From assembly GCA_001599295.1 (NCBI GenBank), contig BCGN01000003.1, positions 558,001 through 622,000 of the forward strand: a stretch of 64,000 nt of DNA, read 5' to 3'. Shown in pieces: positions 37,289-50,255 of this stretch. The translations under genes were made by a program, and so were the position numbers. The first letter of the stretch is position 1. Every line of letters starts with the position of its first letter. The notes below the pieces were generated by a model. That model saw only the letters and a list, made by a program, of their open reading frames with translations. It was not told the DNA's origin and did not search any database. This DNA is from Sporopachydermia quercuum. Its lineage: Eukaryota.

Positions 37289-39172
37289 ATGAGCAGAAAA
37301 TGGCCAAGTCTTCCGTTAGGAATATCACGAACCCTGAATGGACATTGTCAACGAAGGCTCTATTCAACCAGAATGGTTCACAATCGAAAATCAGAAATAT
37401 CATTGAATTTATTATGTGACGAACTTCGTTTGCTTGATGTTATGATAGCAAGATTAGATAATTTGATGAAGGAGAGGAACGACTTTGATTCAGATATAGA
37501 AAAAGGTAGCGAGTTCTCTGGAATGAAATACTTTAGAGACCTTAGATCATCGCAGGTCATGTCAACTGATGCTCTAAAGACAATAAAAGACCATATTCTA
37601 CAGTATGGCTTTAGTGACTATATTGCAAGCAATTTTCCTTATGAAAAGTATTTGAATGCGCCATTTCAGAAAAAATTTCCAACAAGTGAACCTCCTGTCA
37701 ATACAGATGATGACTCCACCCAATACACAGAATCACAGTTCATTGACAGGATATCCAGCATGAGAACAAGCAATTTGATTGATTTCGACATTATCGTAGC
37801 CGTTATCTCGAAAACGCGAGTTCCTTTTACAACTCCAATGTTGAATGAACTTATAGGATTATTTCTGAAGAAGAATATAGGATCCTGTGCTCAACTGGCT
37901 TTCGACTGTATGTTTCGAATGGGATTGAAACCTGATTTTCAGACATTAAAACATCTTGTGGAATACTCGTTGATAACAAAAAACGCGGACCTGTTCTATG
38001 AACTTCTGCAAATAATGGAACTACCATTAGGGGAAAACTTGCACACGGCTTCAGTTAGGTATGTTAGAAGTATTTTGAAGGAATTATTTTTCTATGATGA
38101 GGAACACTACCAGGCAGTTCAACCGGGAAGCTATGGAGAGAAAAATCTAAGGATGAGTTTTGCTCTTCACAAGCTGAGGAGTACTTTTGCTAACTTGGTT
38201 CAAAAGAACAAAACTCAAGAGCAATCTAATGCATTTTTTCAAGACCCTAAAACTAAAGGATCATTCAAAATGAATAGTCAGCAGTTATTTTATTGTCTTT
38301 TCCCCGAAGGTCCTACGCTTTTCAAACACACTACTGTAGAAGACTTTCCTATTTTCAAATTCAAAGTCATGGATCTGTTAAACGATCCTGGATACACATC
38401 CCAATTACTGTCAATATACTGCGATTTAATGAAAGGAGTTTCTCAATTTCATAGCATTAACAGTCCGATTTCAGTTTTAACGTGGATTGGATGCATGTGT
38501 GAACTAAAGCTGGATTTGTATGATGAAATGGTTAAGGCTTTCTTAGATTTACAATTTGTCTCTGCCTGCGATAAGGAAATAGTTTCTGAAGTTTGGCAAG
38601 AAGTATATAAATTGATATTCCTCAGATTTAAAACATACATTGAAGATAATCGACTGCAGCTTGAGTCATTGAAGTCCTCTCTGGAACCACTAGCTAAAGA
38701 GAGCTCAAAATCTAGTTTTGATAAAAAACTATCTATTTTGTCTAAATGGCCTGATATAAAAGCACAGTTGAGACTGATTGATGCATCTCTGATCCAAAGA
38801 TTTGTTGTAGGAGTTAAGAACTGTCCTGTGCAAATTGAATTACCTTTCAATTCTGTGAAAGCAATCCGAGAGCTATTCATGAAGAATAATCGTACTGTCA
38901 GGTACTTTGATGATCTATATTCACATTATTTCAATACCACACCGGATATAATTGACATGGATTTTTCAACTGTATGTGAAGAAACTGAAACTGAAGAGTT
39001 AGACTTACCAATAACATTCTTTGATGAGGAAGAACTTGAGCCTCTTTCTTCACCATTTCTACCTAAGATTGTTGCAGTGAATAAGAAGTTCATACCTCCA
39101 CCATTGCCAACAGCTCAAGAGTCGAAGTTGTTTCAATACGTGTATGATCCTCGATTGGGAACAAGGAGTTGA
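37289..39172 (+). CDS. Probable mitochondrial PPR-motif protein
   Basis: Basic N-terminus ending RRLYS; PPR-like unit MLNELIGLFLKKNIGSCAQLAFDCMFRMGLKPDFQTLKHLV. Confidence 0.65.
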   Translation: MSRKWPSLPLGISRTLNGHCQRRLYSTRMVHNRKSEISLNLLCDELRLLDVMIARLDNLMKERNDFDSDIEKGSEFSGMKYFRDLRSSQVMSTDALKTIKDHILQYGFSDYIASNFPYEKYLNAPFQKKFPTSEPPVNTDDDSTQYTESQFIDRISSMRTSNLIDFDIIVAVISKTRVPFTTPMLNELIGLFLKKNIGSCAQLAFDCMFRMGLKPDFQTLKHLVEYSLITKNADLFYELLQIMELPLGENLHTASVRYVRSILKELFFYDEEHYQAVQPGSYGEKNLRMSFALHKLRSTFANLVQKNKTQEQSNAFFQDPKTKGSFKMNSQQLFYCLFPEGPTLFKHTTVEDFPIFKFKVMDLLNDPGYTSQLLSIYCDLMKGVSQFHSINSPISVLTWIGCMCELKLDLYDEMVKAFLDLQFVSACDKEIVSEVWQEVYKLIFLRFKTYIEDNRLQLESLKSSLEPLAKESSKSSFDKKLSILSKWPDIKAQLRLIDASLIQRFVVGVKNCPVQIELPFNSVKAIRELFMKNNRTVRYFDDLYSHYFNTTPDIIDMDFSTVCEETETEELDLPITFFDEEELEPLSSPFLPKIVAVNKKFIPPPLPTAQESKLFQYVYDPRLGTRS

Positions 39173-40137
39173 ATCGTTGTTTTGCTCGTGAATTGATATA
39201 GTTCTCTGCGGTTGCTCTAAAGATCATGAGCAGTACAGTGATGACAATAATGTCTCTGTAGGATATCACGATACATCCCATGACAATTGGATCAATGATG
39301 AATAAGGAAGTGTTTCTGGGAGCTCCATGACAAACAGTGAATTGTATTTAATGGATTCAAAGTTATTTATTTATTCATCAGACAGTGAATTAATAGTCAC
39401 ATAAATTGGATATTAAGTCCCATCGTGTTTCCGATACTCATTCGTGAATTCAAGCTTGGTAAATCATAGTTCTCCTACTTACCTAATTCAATCTTTTGAA
39501 TATCTCATATAAGAAAATATGGCCATTTGTTTTTGAATTCACATAACTCCAGCTTACGCTGTATTATTAAAGGCATGGTTGACCTTGCATTTCCGTCACT
39601 GCTATTCTGCTAAAGCTCTTCTTTCGCTATCTGTACCATTGATCATACTACAAGTTCAAGTGAGCATCCTGACGATGATGATGATAGTCTTTGATACACA
39701 ATCTAGTAGAACCAACTACATTTCTGCCTATGCTTCACCTATATAGTACATACTACACTTCATATCTATTGTAAATTATAATCTATGCATTTATTCAATA
39801 GCCAATATTTCAATCTATTGCACTCCTCCCACAGACTATGCCTTACACCTATGAGAAACCTTCTTTCAATTTAGATTTCTTGTTACCATTTATCATTCTA
39901 ATCTGAATACCTCGATATCTTTTTTTTTTCCCGTCTATTTTTCTGCTTCTATTTATTACCTTTATTTCACATTCACTGGATCTATATATTCTCCTCTTCT
40001 TTCCATGCATTCACTTACAACTTTAATTTCTTCATACATAATTATGCATATATGTTGCACACATTTGTTACTAACGTTCTTCCGCGTCCAGCTCATTATA
40101 TCACGTCTCATTCCATAGTATATTACGCGACTTAGGT

Positions 40138-40138
<1 letters not shown>

Positions 40139-40171
<33 letters not shown>
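40139..40171. repeat. G33 homopolymer
   Basis: Counted directly; about 320 bp upstream of MSH3. Confidence 0.85.
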
Positions 40172-40172
<1 letters not shown>

Positions 40173-40494
40173 GGGTTTACTCCCAATACGGCAATTTAGA
40201 TTACTGAAAATCTCCTCTTTGAGGCTATTATCCTTTCTTAAAATTAACTGTTGATCATAGAGTTTGAGAAATGTCAGTGGTCCACAGTTATATTACTAAA
40301 GAGTAGACCGAAATAATTGGCTATGTTAAGCGTATCTCTATCATCATTAGCTTTCTGATGAGACAATTGATGTTCTGTGATTTGTTCCTTTAGTTATTTC
40401 CTGTTGCTTAATGGACTGGTCAACTGTACGTCTTCATCTTAAATGGATCAACATTCCATCATCTTCCGATCAGTAGAGATAGAGATAAGTCAGT

Positions 40495-43400
40495 ATGGAT
40501 AAAAAACGCAGTCAAGCAACTATCAATTCGTTTTTTAAACCGGTCGCTAAGAAGAAAAAGGAATCAATTGCAAAAGAGCCAGATAATCTATTGAACCTCC
40601 TAGAGAACAACGAAGTGTCAAATTCAACCAACAGTCATGCCTCCAATAGTGAAAGTACAGCCAATACTCATTCTAGAGGGCAGCCAATAGCTCAAGACAG
40701 AATGAGCGGGTATAAATACAACAACAAGAAGGATAATAATGAATCAAATGGCAACAATTCCTCTCCTAGAAATAATGAACGGCATAAAAAGTTTGTAGAT
40801 AGACTGTTGTCTTCGGGTGGTGTAGAAGGCTTCAAAAGACGGAAAATGGAGAAAAAAGTATTAAGATCAACAGAAGATGATAACGGTGATGAAAATGATA
40901 TTTCTCTATCAGATCAAGACATTAATGACAATGGGGACGAAAGGGGCGTGAGATCCAAATCAAAGAAAGACTTAAAGAATAAAAATCTCAAATTGACTCC
41001 ATTGGAGCAACAAATCAAAGAGTTAAAACTAAAACATAGAGATAAGTTACTAGCAGTACAGGTCGGATATAAGTTCAAATTCTTTGCAGAGGATGCTGTA
41101 AAGGCTGCCAAAGTATTGTCAATNATGCTAATACCTGGGAGACTGACAATCGATGAAGATGATGCCAAATATTCGCGATTTGCTTATTGTAGTGTTCCCG
41201 ATGTAACTATCAACATTCATGTGAAGAGACTGCTAGAACATGGATTTAAAGTAGGAATCGCGCGCCAAACAGAAACCGCTGCCATAAAATCAGCTGAGGG
41301 CTCGAAAAGCAGTTTATTCACTAGAAAAGTCACTGAAGTTTTCACCAAAGGAACATATATTGGTCAAAATGATGCTAATAGTTTATCACCAACCTATGGT
41401 GGTAGCAGCACCAACGGATTTTTATTATGTATTCAAGAGGATCCATTATCGGCTGTATCAGCTAATGGTCCTTCTAACAATCATGAGGATAAAGTAGTCA
41501 TCAGCATTGTTGCTGTTGATCCTGCCACTGGTCAAATCATTTTTGATTCATTCAAAGATAACTATCTAAGACAAGAGTTTGATACAAGAATCAATCATAT
41601 AGAACCTTGCGAAGTTATAATTCTGGGAGATATTTCCAAAAATACTAAAAGGCTAATTAACAACTTTTCCCATCCTATAAACGGTACTCCAAGAGTTGTA
41701 GAAGATGATAGAGTCAAAGAAATAGCTATCAAGGAGCAAATATCTGAATTATACGCTGGGAATCAAGCATACCATAAACTGGAACTACCAGTTTCTGTTG
41801 AAGGATGTTTAATAGGAATACGAAATTACTTGAAAGAGTTCAAACTTGATAGTGTATTTGAATTTGTTGAGAATTTCAGCCACTTTCAAGACAGAGCCTT
41901 CATTCTTCTTAATTCTAATACTTTACGAGGACTAGAAATATTTTATAATACCTCGGATATGAAAGAAAGAGGAAGTCTCTTCTGGCTATTGAACCATACT
42001 AGTACTGCATTTGGCGCTCGTTTATTACGTAATTGGCTTGCTAGACCTTGTACTGATATATCCACCATAGAAGAGCGTTTGAACAGTGTTGATGAAATCA
42101 GGTCTTCATTTACTGGCTCATTATTGGAATCAATCAATTCGTTATCGAAAAAAGCGCCAGATATTGAAAAAGGTCTGTTGAAAATTCATTATCTCCAGTG
42201 TACTAGAAAAGAGCTTAGAGATGTGCTTGAGTTCATTCAACTTATTGGTGTGACTATACTTCAGAGTAGAAAGCGATCAGGCGATACAAAGTCTCTATTC
42301 AAATCTAAACTTCTGTCTAAATCTCTTAATGACGTAGCAGGGAACTCACAAGAAATCTTACCTATAATCCAAATGATAAAACCAGGAGGAAGCATAGAAA
42401 ACAATTCAGAACATAGCAATGAGTATTTCACTGAAGAGGGCTTAGAGAAGTTTCCTGAGATCAATGAAGCCAAACAAAAGATTCAAGCAAATGAACAGGA
42501 ACTCAGAGACGAACTGGAAGTTATCAGATCAACTCTCAGAAGACCTTACTTGGAGTTCAAAACAAGCAGTAAAGAGTCATATTTGATAGAAGTAAAAACG
42601 TCTGAGATTGGGAAAATACCGAAGAGCTGGATAAAAATTAATGGTAGTAAACAGGTGTCGAGATTTCGTTCTCCTAACGTATCTCAGTTGGTCAAACAAT
42701 TAGAATATGCTAAAGAAATACTGATCCTTGCTAGGGACAAAGCTTTTAGAGAGTTTCTTACATTAATATCCACTCAGTACCATCATCAAATACGAGTTAT
42801 AGTTAGTGGTTTGGCTGTATTAGATTCTCTTATGTCTCTAGCTTCTGTCTCTCTGTTTCCCGGCTATACAAGACCTAAACTGATCCCTAGTACTGATGGT
42901 AATACATTACCTGTCGTACGTTTGAAAGATTCTCGAAATCCTTTGCTGGAACAACTATTGCCTCCTACTTCACTCTACGTTGGCAATGACATTACTCTTG
43001 ATGAAAAAAGATCTTTGGTAATCACAGGACCTAATATGGGAGGGAAATCATCGTTCGCGAAGCAGATAGCTTTATCGGTCGTCTTAGCACAACTTGGCTG
43101 TTATATACCTGCAAAAGAAGCAGAAATAGGTATTTTCGATGCAATATTTGTTCGTATGGGAGCTGAGGACGATTTGCTTCGTGGTAGAAGTACTTTTTTT
43201 GTTGAGTTAAGTGAATGCTCTGAAATCATGCAAAACGCTACAGATAAATCATTGGTAGTTTTAGATGAGATAGGAAGAGGAACAGACACCATAAGCGGAG
43301 TGGCTATCGCTGAGGCAGTGTTACGTTATTTCACTGAGAAACAGTGCTTAGTCTTATTCACTACTCATTACCCATTATTGAATGAACTACAGAGAATATA

Positions 43401-43728
43401 TAAATCGATTAATGCAGTCCATATGGCTTATATTGTTGAAAATGAAGGAACCGACAATGAAAGGGTGACATTTCTCTATAGAGTCGCACAAGGACCTGGG
43501 GGAAAATCGTATGGTATTAATGTTGGACGTGTTGCTGGGTTACCAATGGACGTTTTAAAACAAGCACAGAACAAAGCAAATGAACGAGAGATGAAGTTAG
43601 CTTTGATCGGTGGAAAAGGGAAAGGAGATTTTGTTGATCAAGGATTCAGTGATGTTTCTATGGTTAGAAATATTTTGAAAGGGAAGAAAGATTTGATAGA
43701 AGTTTTGTATTATCAGTATTTGGAGTAG
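40495..43728 (+). CDS. MSH3: Mismatch repair protein Msh3
   Basis: N-terminal PIP box QATINSFF, Msh3-type [16 protein letters not shown] Walker [16 protein letters not shown] and FTTHY. Confidence 0.95.
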   Translation: MDKKRSQATINSFFKPVAKKKKESIAKEPDNLLNLLENNEVSNSTNSHASNSESTANTHSRGQPIAQDRMSGYKYNNKKDNNESNGNNSSPRNNERHKKFVDRLLSSGGVEGFKRRKMEKKVLRSTEDDNGDENDISLSDQDINDNGDERGVRSKSKKDLKNKNLKLTPLEQQIKELKLKHRDKLLAVQVGYKFKFFAEDAVKAAKVLSXMLIPGRLTIDEDDAKYSRFAYCSVPDVTINIHVKRLLEHGFKVGIARQTETAAIKSAEGSKSSLFTRKVTEVFTKGTYIGQNDANSLSPTYGGSSTNGFLLCIQEDPLSAVSANGPSNNHEDKVVISIVAVDPATGQIIFDSFKDNYLRQEFDTRINHIEPCEVIILGDISKNTKRLINNFSHPINGTPRVVEDDRVKEIAIKEQISELYAGNQAYHKLELPVSVEGCLIGIRNYLKEFKLDSVFEFVENFSHFQDRAFILLNSNTLRGLEIFYNTSDMKERGSLFWLLNHTSTAFGARLLRNWLARPCTDISTIEERLNSVDEIRSSFTGSLLESINSLSKKAPDIEKGLLKIHYLQCTRKELRDVLEFIQLIGVTILQSRKRSGDTKSLFKSKLLSKSLNDVAGNSQEILPIIQMIKPGGSIENNSEHSNEYFTEEGLEKFPEINEAKQKIQANEQELRDELEVIRSTLRRPYLEFKTSSKESYLIEVKTSEIGKIPKSWIKINGSKQVSRFRSPNVSQLVKQLEYAKEILILARDKAFREFLTLISTQYHHQIRVIVSGLAVLDSLMSLASVSLFPGYTRPKLIPSTDGNTLPVVRLKDSRNPLLEQLLPPTSLYVGNDITLDEKRSLVITGPNMGGKSSFAKQIALSVVLAQLGCYIPAKEAEIGIFDAIFVRMGAEDDLLRGRSTFFVELSECSEIMQNATDKSLVVLDEIGRGTDTISGVAIAEAVLRYFTEKQCLVLFTTHYPLLNELQRIYKSINAVHMAYIVENEGTDNERVTFLYRVAQGPGGKSYGINVGRVAGLPMDVLKQAQNKANEREMKLALIGGKGKGDFVDQGFSDVSMVRNILKGKKDLIEVLYYQYLE

Positions 43729-44285
43729 GAGTTTGGTTGGTAATGATATGATTGGATATACTAGTTCTAAGATTAGTATTAGTGTGAAAAGCTTTTGCAA
43801 ACTTTTTAGAGAAAGAGTTAATTATCAACGAAACGTTCACTTGTATATATAATTTGTTACTACTACATAAACAGGTCCTTAATTTCATATATTGCTATTA
43901 TAATACAAGTATAATAAGAATCTTTAGTGTATGATTCAGAATTCTATCTTTCGCTATTTAAAATATCCGCTACTTATACTACATTGTTCGGCAGGAATTT
44001 CGTAGATTTGAAAAAAAAATAGTCCTTTAACTACTATCTATTCCTTCCAGGTACTTTGGCTCACTACACCGCTTTTACATGCTTGTCAAGAACGATATCA
44101 GCTTTCTTCTTCTTTGCATGATAACCATATAATATACGGAATGGGAATCATCACCACCATCATACATTGGACGCTACTACTAACAATCTCCCACCTACCG
44201 GGCAAGTATTCATTACACCAACTTGCTACCATCGTTCAGCCATGAACAATCAAATAGTAATAATTTGGTTTGATATTTATTCAAT

Positions 44286-46898
44286 CTACCGAAAAGCCTT
44301 AGACGAAAATCCTAAATGTGACGATCCACTTTTACTTCTTATTCTTGTTTTATCCTTAGGATTGACAGTGTAAGCAACTGAACCATAGGACTCATTGCTT
44401 GAATAGTACTCTTCCTCATCTCTAGAGATACCATCATGATGTAAAGTCATTGAACTAAACTGCTCAAAAGGATCAGGGTCGTCAGTTGAAGGTCTAGAGC
44501 TGGAATTCGTATCAGTAGTTCCATCTTGCTCTTTTAGCTTGATAGATATGCTTTCGGCATCAACAGAAGCAGAATCCTTTAACTGTGGTGGTGCATGTCC
44601 TGATGACGATAAAACAGGTACCATTGGTGCCGGTTGATTTCTTAATAATGCCCATTGTGTATTTTTGAAGAAAGGATGAGCTTTCACGTCAGAAGCACCA
44701 GCTCGAGAACCAAGCCTTTTGTTTTCATCTTTGATCAATAACTTTCGTATCAATGACTTGCAATTTGAAGAAACCGTTGGATGGTCAGGAAATGTAACAT
44801 CATGTTTCAATATGTTTGAAAATGTTTGATTACGCGTTTTGCCTTTAAAAGGTGTAGTACTAAATAGCATCTCATATATAAGAATACCTAATGTCCACCA
44901 ATCAACCGCTGAAGTATGACCTTTACCTCTAATGACTTCAGGAGCAATATATTCTTCAGTACCAACAAAGGAATTAGTACGGAAATCTCCAATGCAACCT
45001 TTGGTATCAATAGCCGGAATTTGATGGGAACTTGACGATGAGCTTTTAGAGTTAGCGGGTAGAACAATCGATGGCACGCCATTAGTAGTTGACTGCTTAG
45101 ATAAATCAAAATCACTTAACATAATATGACCCGATTGATGTAACAAGATATTCTCTGGTTTCAAATCTCTGTAAATATAACCCATGAGATGTAAATATTC
45201 TAGTGCGAGAATCACCTCTGCAGCATAAAACCTGGCATGTTCCTCTGGTATGCATTTACTAGCTCTAGTTTGTAAGGCACGGAAGAATTCACCTCCCATG
45301 CAATACTCCATACAGAAATAGAGATAATGCTCCGACTGAAAAGAATGGTAAAGGGTGACAATGAAGGGATGATTTGACGTTGCTAAGATCTCTTGTTCAG
45401 CTAGTGCTCTTTTTATTTTATTTCTCTCAATCATTTCCTTCTTTGAAAGAATCTTCATTGCATACAGTCTGTTAGTTTTTTTTTCTCTTACTAGGTATAC
45501 TTTACCTACATCTCCTCTGCCAAGTAGTTTGATTTTTTCAAAAGAGGAAGGTCCAACTTCAACATCTGATACCTTGATACTATTGGAGGAGTAAGTCCTA
45601 TTGAATGATTTCTGTCTGGGACGTGAGGGAGATTTGGCATTTGCTGATAGACCTGTGATTATTTGATTCGCAGGTCGGCGAGAAGCATGGACTGATAATG
45701 ATGTTTCTATACCTCTAGATGGGTCTGTAGTTACTTGCGGAATTGATAGAGGTAGGTTTTTACCCGATGTATTGTTGCTTATGATGTTAAATGAGTTGGA
45801 TGACGACGAAGAATACTTATTCTCGATTGGCGACTGTTCTAGTTCTTTCGCAGCTTCTGTTATAGTTTCTGAAATGTTGAGTTTATTGACTTGATCAGTA
45901 GTAGTTTCATGATATTGTTGTTGTTGCTGCGATAGGTTTTTCAAGTCCAGAGGCGCTGAGGCTATTCGCCTTAGGTTTTTTTCTGACTTACTACTAGGTT
46001 TATTCAGATATGTTGAAGAAACGTTATCACCATTCCTATTAGCAAGTTCATTTCCACTGTCCTTTCCAGAACTACTGGACTCAGCTGATAGTGCTGGTTC
46101 AGCTAGATTTTCCAAAATGATAGAACTATTAAGATTGCTACTAGATAATGTGAATTGGTCACTGTTAATATTGGGTGATCTTGAACTGTTTGATGCTGGC
46201 GATGGTGATGCTTTTAATCCTTGAGGTGTAGCCTTTTGGTTTTGGCAGGAAGAATTTCCTAAAGACAATGATGCGTCAGCAGTTGTACTATCGACAAGGG
46301 ATGTCTTAGAAGGATGGTTTGATCTCAATGATAACAAGTTGAACGAATTTCCACCATGAACTTGTTGCGGTGCAGCTATAGATGATGGATCAGAAGCATG
46401 AGGAGGTAAACCCTGATGAGCAAAATAGGGATTTGATTCAGCGACTGTTGAACCTTCTGATGAGCCAGCAGATCCTGTTTTCCCAGTTCTTGAGATATGG
46501 CGGGTATTGCTAGGATGTACTGGACTTGATGGTGATCTAAGTCTGAATATTGACTTCTTTAACGTATTCCCCATGGTGGGTTCTGATGTTTGTTGAGATA
46601 ATTCATCAGTAGCTGAAAGCGCTAGTGGATCATTTGCTTGTTGAGACAAAATATTGGGTGATGAGGATATTGTATTTGAATTTGATTCCATTGGTGATGA
46701 ATGGTTTGACCCATCAGCTCCAGTTAATGACTCTAGATTTGAAGGGTCCAGACCAGGGTTCATAGTTGGATTGTTGTACTGGGCTGGTTCATTGCCGTTT
46801 GATTCTGACGAGCCAGTTGATGAGAATTTGAACATATGCTTTAGTTTAGAGAGCCCTTTTGAAGGCGTTGGTGTCACAGGTGCACTAGACATAGCCAT
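44286..46898 (-). CDS. FPK1: AGC flippase kinase Fpk1/Kin82 (nrc-2-like)
   Basis: First ATG 46898; [26 protein letters not shown] and [15 protein letters not shown]; long S-rich N-terminus. Confidence 0.92.
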   Translation of the reverse strand: MAMSSAPVTPTPSKGLSKLKHMFKFSSTGSSESNGNEPAQYNNPTMNPGLDPSNLESLTGADGSNHSSPMESNSNTISSSPNILSQQANDPLALSATDELSQQTSEPTMGNTLKKSIFRLRSPSSPVHPSNTRHISRTGKTGSAGSSEGSTVAESNPYFAHQGLPPHASDPSSIAAPQQVHGGNSFNLLSLRSNHPSKTSLVDSTTADASLSLGNSSCQNQKATPQGLKASPSPASNSSRSPNINSDQFTLSSSNLNSSIILENLAEPALSAESSSSGKDSGNELANRNGDNVSSTYLNKPSSKSEKNLRRIASAPLDLKNLSQQQQQYHETTTDQVNKLNISETITEAAKELEQSPIENKYSSSSSNSFNIISNNTSGKNLPLSIPQVTTDPSRGIETSLSVHASRRPANQIITGLSANAKSPSRPRQKSFNRTYSSNSIKVSDVEVGPSSFEKIKLLGRGDVGKVYLVREKKTNRLYAMKILSKKEMIERNKIKRALAEQEILATSNHPFIVTLYHSFQSEHYLYFCMEYCMGGEFFRALQTRASKCIPEEHARFYAAEVILALEYLHLMGYIYRDLKPENILLHQSGHIMLSDFDLSKQSTTNGVPSIVLPANSKSSSSSSHQIPAIDTKGCIGDFRTNSFVGTEEYIAPEVIRGKGHTSAVDWWTLGILIYEMLFSTTPFKGKTRNQTFSNILKHDVTFPDHPTVSSNCKSLIRKLLIKDENKRLGSRAGASDVKAHPFFKNTQWALLRNQPAPMVPVLSSSGHAPPQLKDSASVDAESISIKLKEQDGTTDTNSSSRPSTDDPDPFEQFSSMTLHHDGISRDEEEYYSSNESYGSVAYTVNPKDKTRIRSKSGSSHLGFSSKAFR

Positions 46899-48437
46899 AC
46901 TGCTGTCTTCAGCGATATCAATTCTAATACAAGTCCAATTTAAGTCAATGTGTTTGTTTGCCTTGTTATAGAATATCAAATCGGCAGGCCAGTCCCGATT
47001 AATCAAACCAAACTAACGAATGAATCACTCACAACAAATATTATATAGAGCTAATGAATATTTATCAAACCTTTCTTTGCTAAATACCCAATCATCAATT
47101 TTTCCTACCAGTTCTCTTCCAGAGATATATTAAAATATTAATAATGCATTCCTTGATTCATTCACCATACAATTATCTCTAGAGCCTTCTAGGAAAAGAT
47201 ATTCAAACGCTCTCTCTCGCTAATTGTGGAAACAACAAGTACGGCAATGAATGTTCGATCTGTTCTATAGATAGTTTACAGGCTATAAACTGATCTTTTG
47301 ACCTAGAACAACGCACGTTTGGTCTTTTAACTAATAATAATCTTGACGATCTTGTACTATACTAAACTATTATCCACAATGTAAACAGTCAAGCAGAAAG
47401 AATAAAGTGTTAATCAAAATGTACGCTGATTGCTTTAATTGATAGTGGGACACAGCCCTTCCTGGTTTCAGNAACACAAACTGAATGATTGTACTGTATG
47501 GAAATGGTGTAAAAAGGTTTAATTAGTGCCATTCATTGGTTTTGGAATTGTGGGCATAAGAAGGTTAGAGTTGAATGGACATGACATGCAGTAGCTTGCG
47601 TCAAGAAGCGTTTGTAGGGTTGCTTAGTAAGGTGGGGGCAGACGGAAAATCGTTATTGTTTGGTGTTGGTGTACAGCATTATAGTAGAAAATGCAATGTT
47701 CCTTGGAGAATATGATGTAGTTTTGTAGTTACGGATTTGTTGTAGTTGAGGCAGTTTGGTGGTAGGAATGTTGGGATAGCATGAGCTTAATGGAAAGTAT
47801 GCCAGCTAATGAAAGAGCAATTATCAATCTGGTGAGTGATTATTGATAACGTAATCAAAAGCTTAGAACTAAAGATCACAGAGTAAATGAATAATAAATG
47901 GCCGATTATCAGGAAAATAAGGAAAAACATAAGCATTATACGCATAATTAATGATTCTGTTAAGATATTTGTTTGTATTGATTGGTTACACAACTACACA
48001 TGTTTTGAGTAGATAAAACTAATGGAGGGTCAAACGGAGATTGTTCGTAAATGACACGGTTTATTGGTATGATCAAACAATNCAGACAATTTAGGCACCA
48101 AGACAGTTACGTTATATACAAGAATCAAGGAAAATGAGGTCTTGTTGCAAATATCTTTGGCAAATTTTGAACGGAGTACCAATTAGTGAAGCCAGAAAAT
48201 CAAAGGTAGAGTGTTCCATCATCAAAGACACAATATGCTTTATCGTCACTTATTAAATATCAGGGGATTGACAGATAACAAATGGTTTTAATCATTTGGA
48301 AACACATTATCTATAACCTCAGAAATCGCGGTTTTCAACTATTGCGAAAGCCATTTAAAAAAGTTATCACCCAAACAAACTACCAGATAAACGAGTTGTC
48401 GATTGACATAGTATATCGGGAAGTGCATTGAAGTGTA

Positions 48438-48642
48438 CTGTAATGACATGTTAGTACTTTGTTATGGTTAACTGCTGGATGAGATAACAGGTGTACAAAA
48501 AATATTCAACGTGATTCTTNTCAGGGCTTCTTAGAGGATTAGGGTATGAATCATTTGTTTGACATCAACCCGAAATATTTATTCATCATAAAGACAGTGG
48601 TCGTTGAGTACTTTTGATATAGTGACAATCAAACTCACTTAC
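48438..48642 (-). other. Spliceosomal intron of an apparently non-coding snoRNA host transcript
   Basis: GTAAGT at 48642, TACTAAC at 48456-48450, CAG at 48440-48438; spliced flanks give only a 33-codon ORF; RRPE-like GAAAATTTTTC at about 48858-48868. Confidence 0.8.
48516..48594 (-). ncRNA. Intronic box C/D snoRNA, U61/SNORD61-like
   Basis: C box ATGATGA 48589-48583, D box CTGA 48524-48521, terminal stem TCTTT/nAAGA. Guide CCTCTAAGAAGCC abuts the D box and is complementary to fungal 18S (GG)CUUCUUAGAGG; about 65 nt upstream of the branch point. Confidence 0.85.
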
Positions 48643-49391
48643 CATAAGGTAACTAACTACAAGCTAAGTTAGCAGGAGACAGAAAGTTCTGCATTAAAGC
48701 AGACATTTACAACAGATTAAAATTAAAACAGAAAAACATGCTTAATCAAGCAAGTAAGCCAGAACTGTAACAATATTCATATCATTGCTGATCATTAGGA
48801 AGAAAACAACGATAGAGAAAGAAGAAAAATGTGTAAAACTGAGGAGTTGAGAAAATCGAAAAATTTTCGTAACACAGGACAATCTGACATTAATGTCAGA
48901 AATCATATTCTAGGTAGGACATAGGTTGAGATAATTAATAGAATGAATATCTGTTGAAGAAGTCCATATAAGTTAAGCCATGTACCACTTTTTACTATCC
49001 CATTTACATTTCTGTAATCCTGTAATGAATTACTGACAAATTTTCCCATTTTTCCAGTAAATCTTCATTTTCAATTCATAATACCTTACCAGTATGATGA
49101 TAGTTCATTCTTTTCTGCTATCTTACCATGTCGTATCTAGAGTATCATCATATATGTCCCTTTCTCTTTGCTGTCATGACATACATGCATGAATCTGCAT
49201 AATTAATGCTTTAATTACATGTCAGGTCGCGCCATAGCAGAAATAAATTTTCATTTCTTATATCAGTAACATCCTCTATTCTATATATTATCTACATTTA
49301 TTACCAATTATTTATTTTTTCTATACTATCTTACCAAAGATTCAAACAAGCACTTTGTGCATTCATCATCAATGCTTCTTTTTTCTCGAAA

Positions 49392-50018
49392 ATGAAGTTT
49401 CTTACTACAAATTTCGTTCAATGCGCTGTTAAATCCTGCGCTGCCTCAGGAAAGGCATTCCCTCTTCATTATGANATAACTGACTTGGCTCAAACAGAAT
49501 TCGAGTATAATGAAGAATTCCTACTGAATATTTTGCCACGTCTGGACTGGAACGGTGTTCTTTCTGTTGCTAAAGATTTGGGAAATACTTCTTTACCANC
49601 TGTGAAACCTGAGTCTATTGAAGTGGAGACTGAGGATGGGCAGAAGCTCCTACATGATTTGCATACATTACTAATAGAGGTAAGTTGGAATAGTCAATTT
49701 GATAGTTGATTAAAGAAAAAGAAGCAGTATTATAGTTTTCTACATATTATAATTTGTTGCTTTGAAAATATCGCTATTGAACCGATTATCGTGAAGATGG
49801 TGTTAAAGATGAGCGTCTCATCACATTCTCTATCTCATAGAGACCTAACCGATTCACTAAACAGCAGAAGCTAATTATGTTCTTGAGCACGGAATACTAA
49901 CCTAATACTTCTATAGACGCAACTCATCGATGGAACAATGACATGTAGCAACTGCAATCATATTTATCACATTAAGAACTCAATTCCCAATTTCCTATTA
50001 CCACCTCATCTTGCTTGA
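49392..50018 (+). CDS. TRM112: Methyltransferase activator Trm112 (2 exons, 129 aa)
   Basis: Exons 49392-49679 and 49917-50018; intron GTAAGT..TACTAAC..TAG; MKFLTTNFVQC..C / CSNCNHIYHIKNSIPNFLLPPHLA. Confidence 0.96.
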
Positions 50019-50255
50019 AGCAAAGATTCATCAAAATCAATTCAACTCATCTCAACAGATCACCATGCAAACTAAAATACAGTTCAACATTTTTAGACCT
50101 TCAACTCGCCTTATACACTTGTGAATCCTATTTTCATAAGACTATGTTCTTACATCGTAGCTACTTTTAATTATGTATATTTTATTGTCCCTTAAGATCG
50201 TCATACTATTTCACAGTAACTTTCCAAATGCCCTATCACCTCGCTGTTTTATATT

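Noticed and set aside
39192..39305. Coding-looking stretch after the PPR gene stop (possible extra exon or frameshift)
   Set aside because: Different frame, upstream in-frame stop, and no credible branch point.
39962..40186. Poly-Pro ORF MGVNPPPP...
   Set aside because: Only the translation of the G33 tract; non-ATG start.
49680..49916. snoRNA inside the long TRM112 intron
   Set aside because: No canonical C/D boxes or convincing H/ACA structure.
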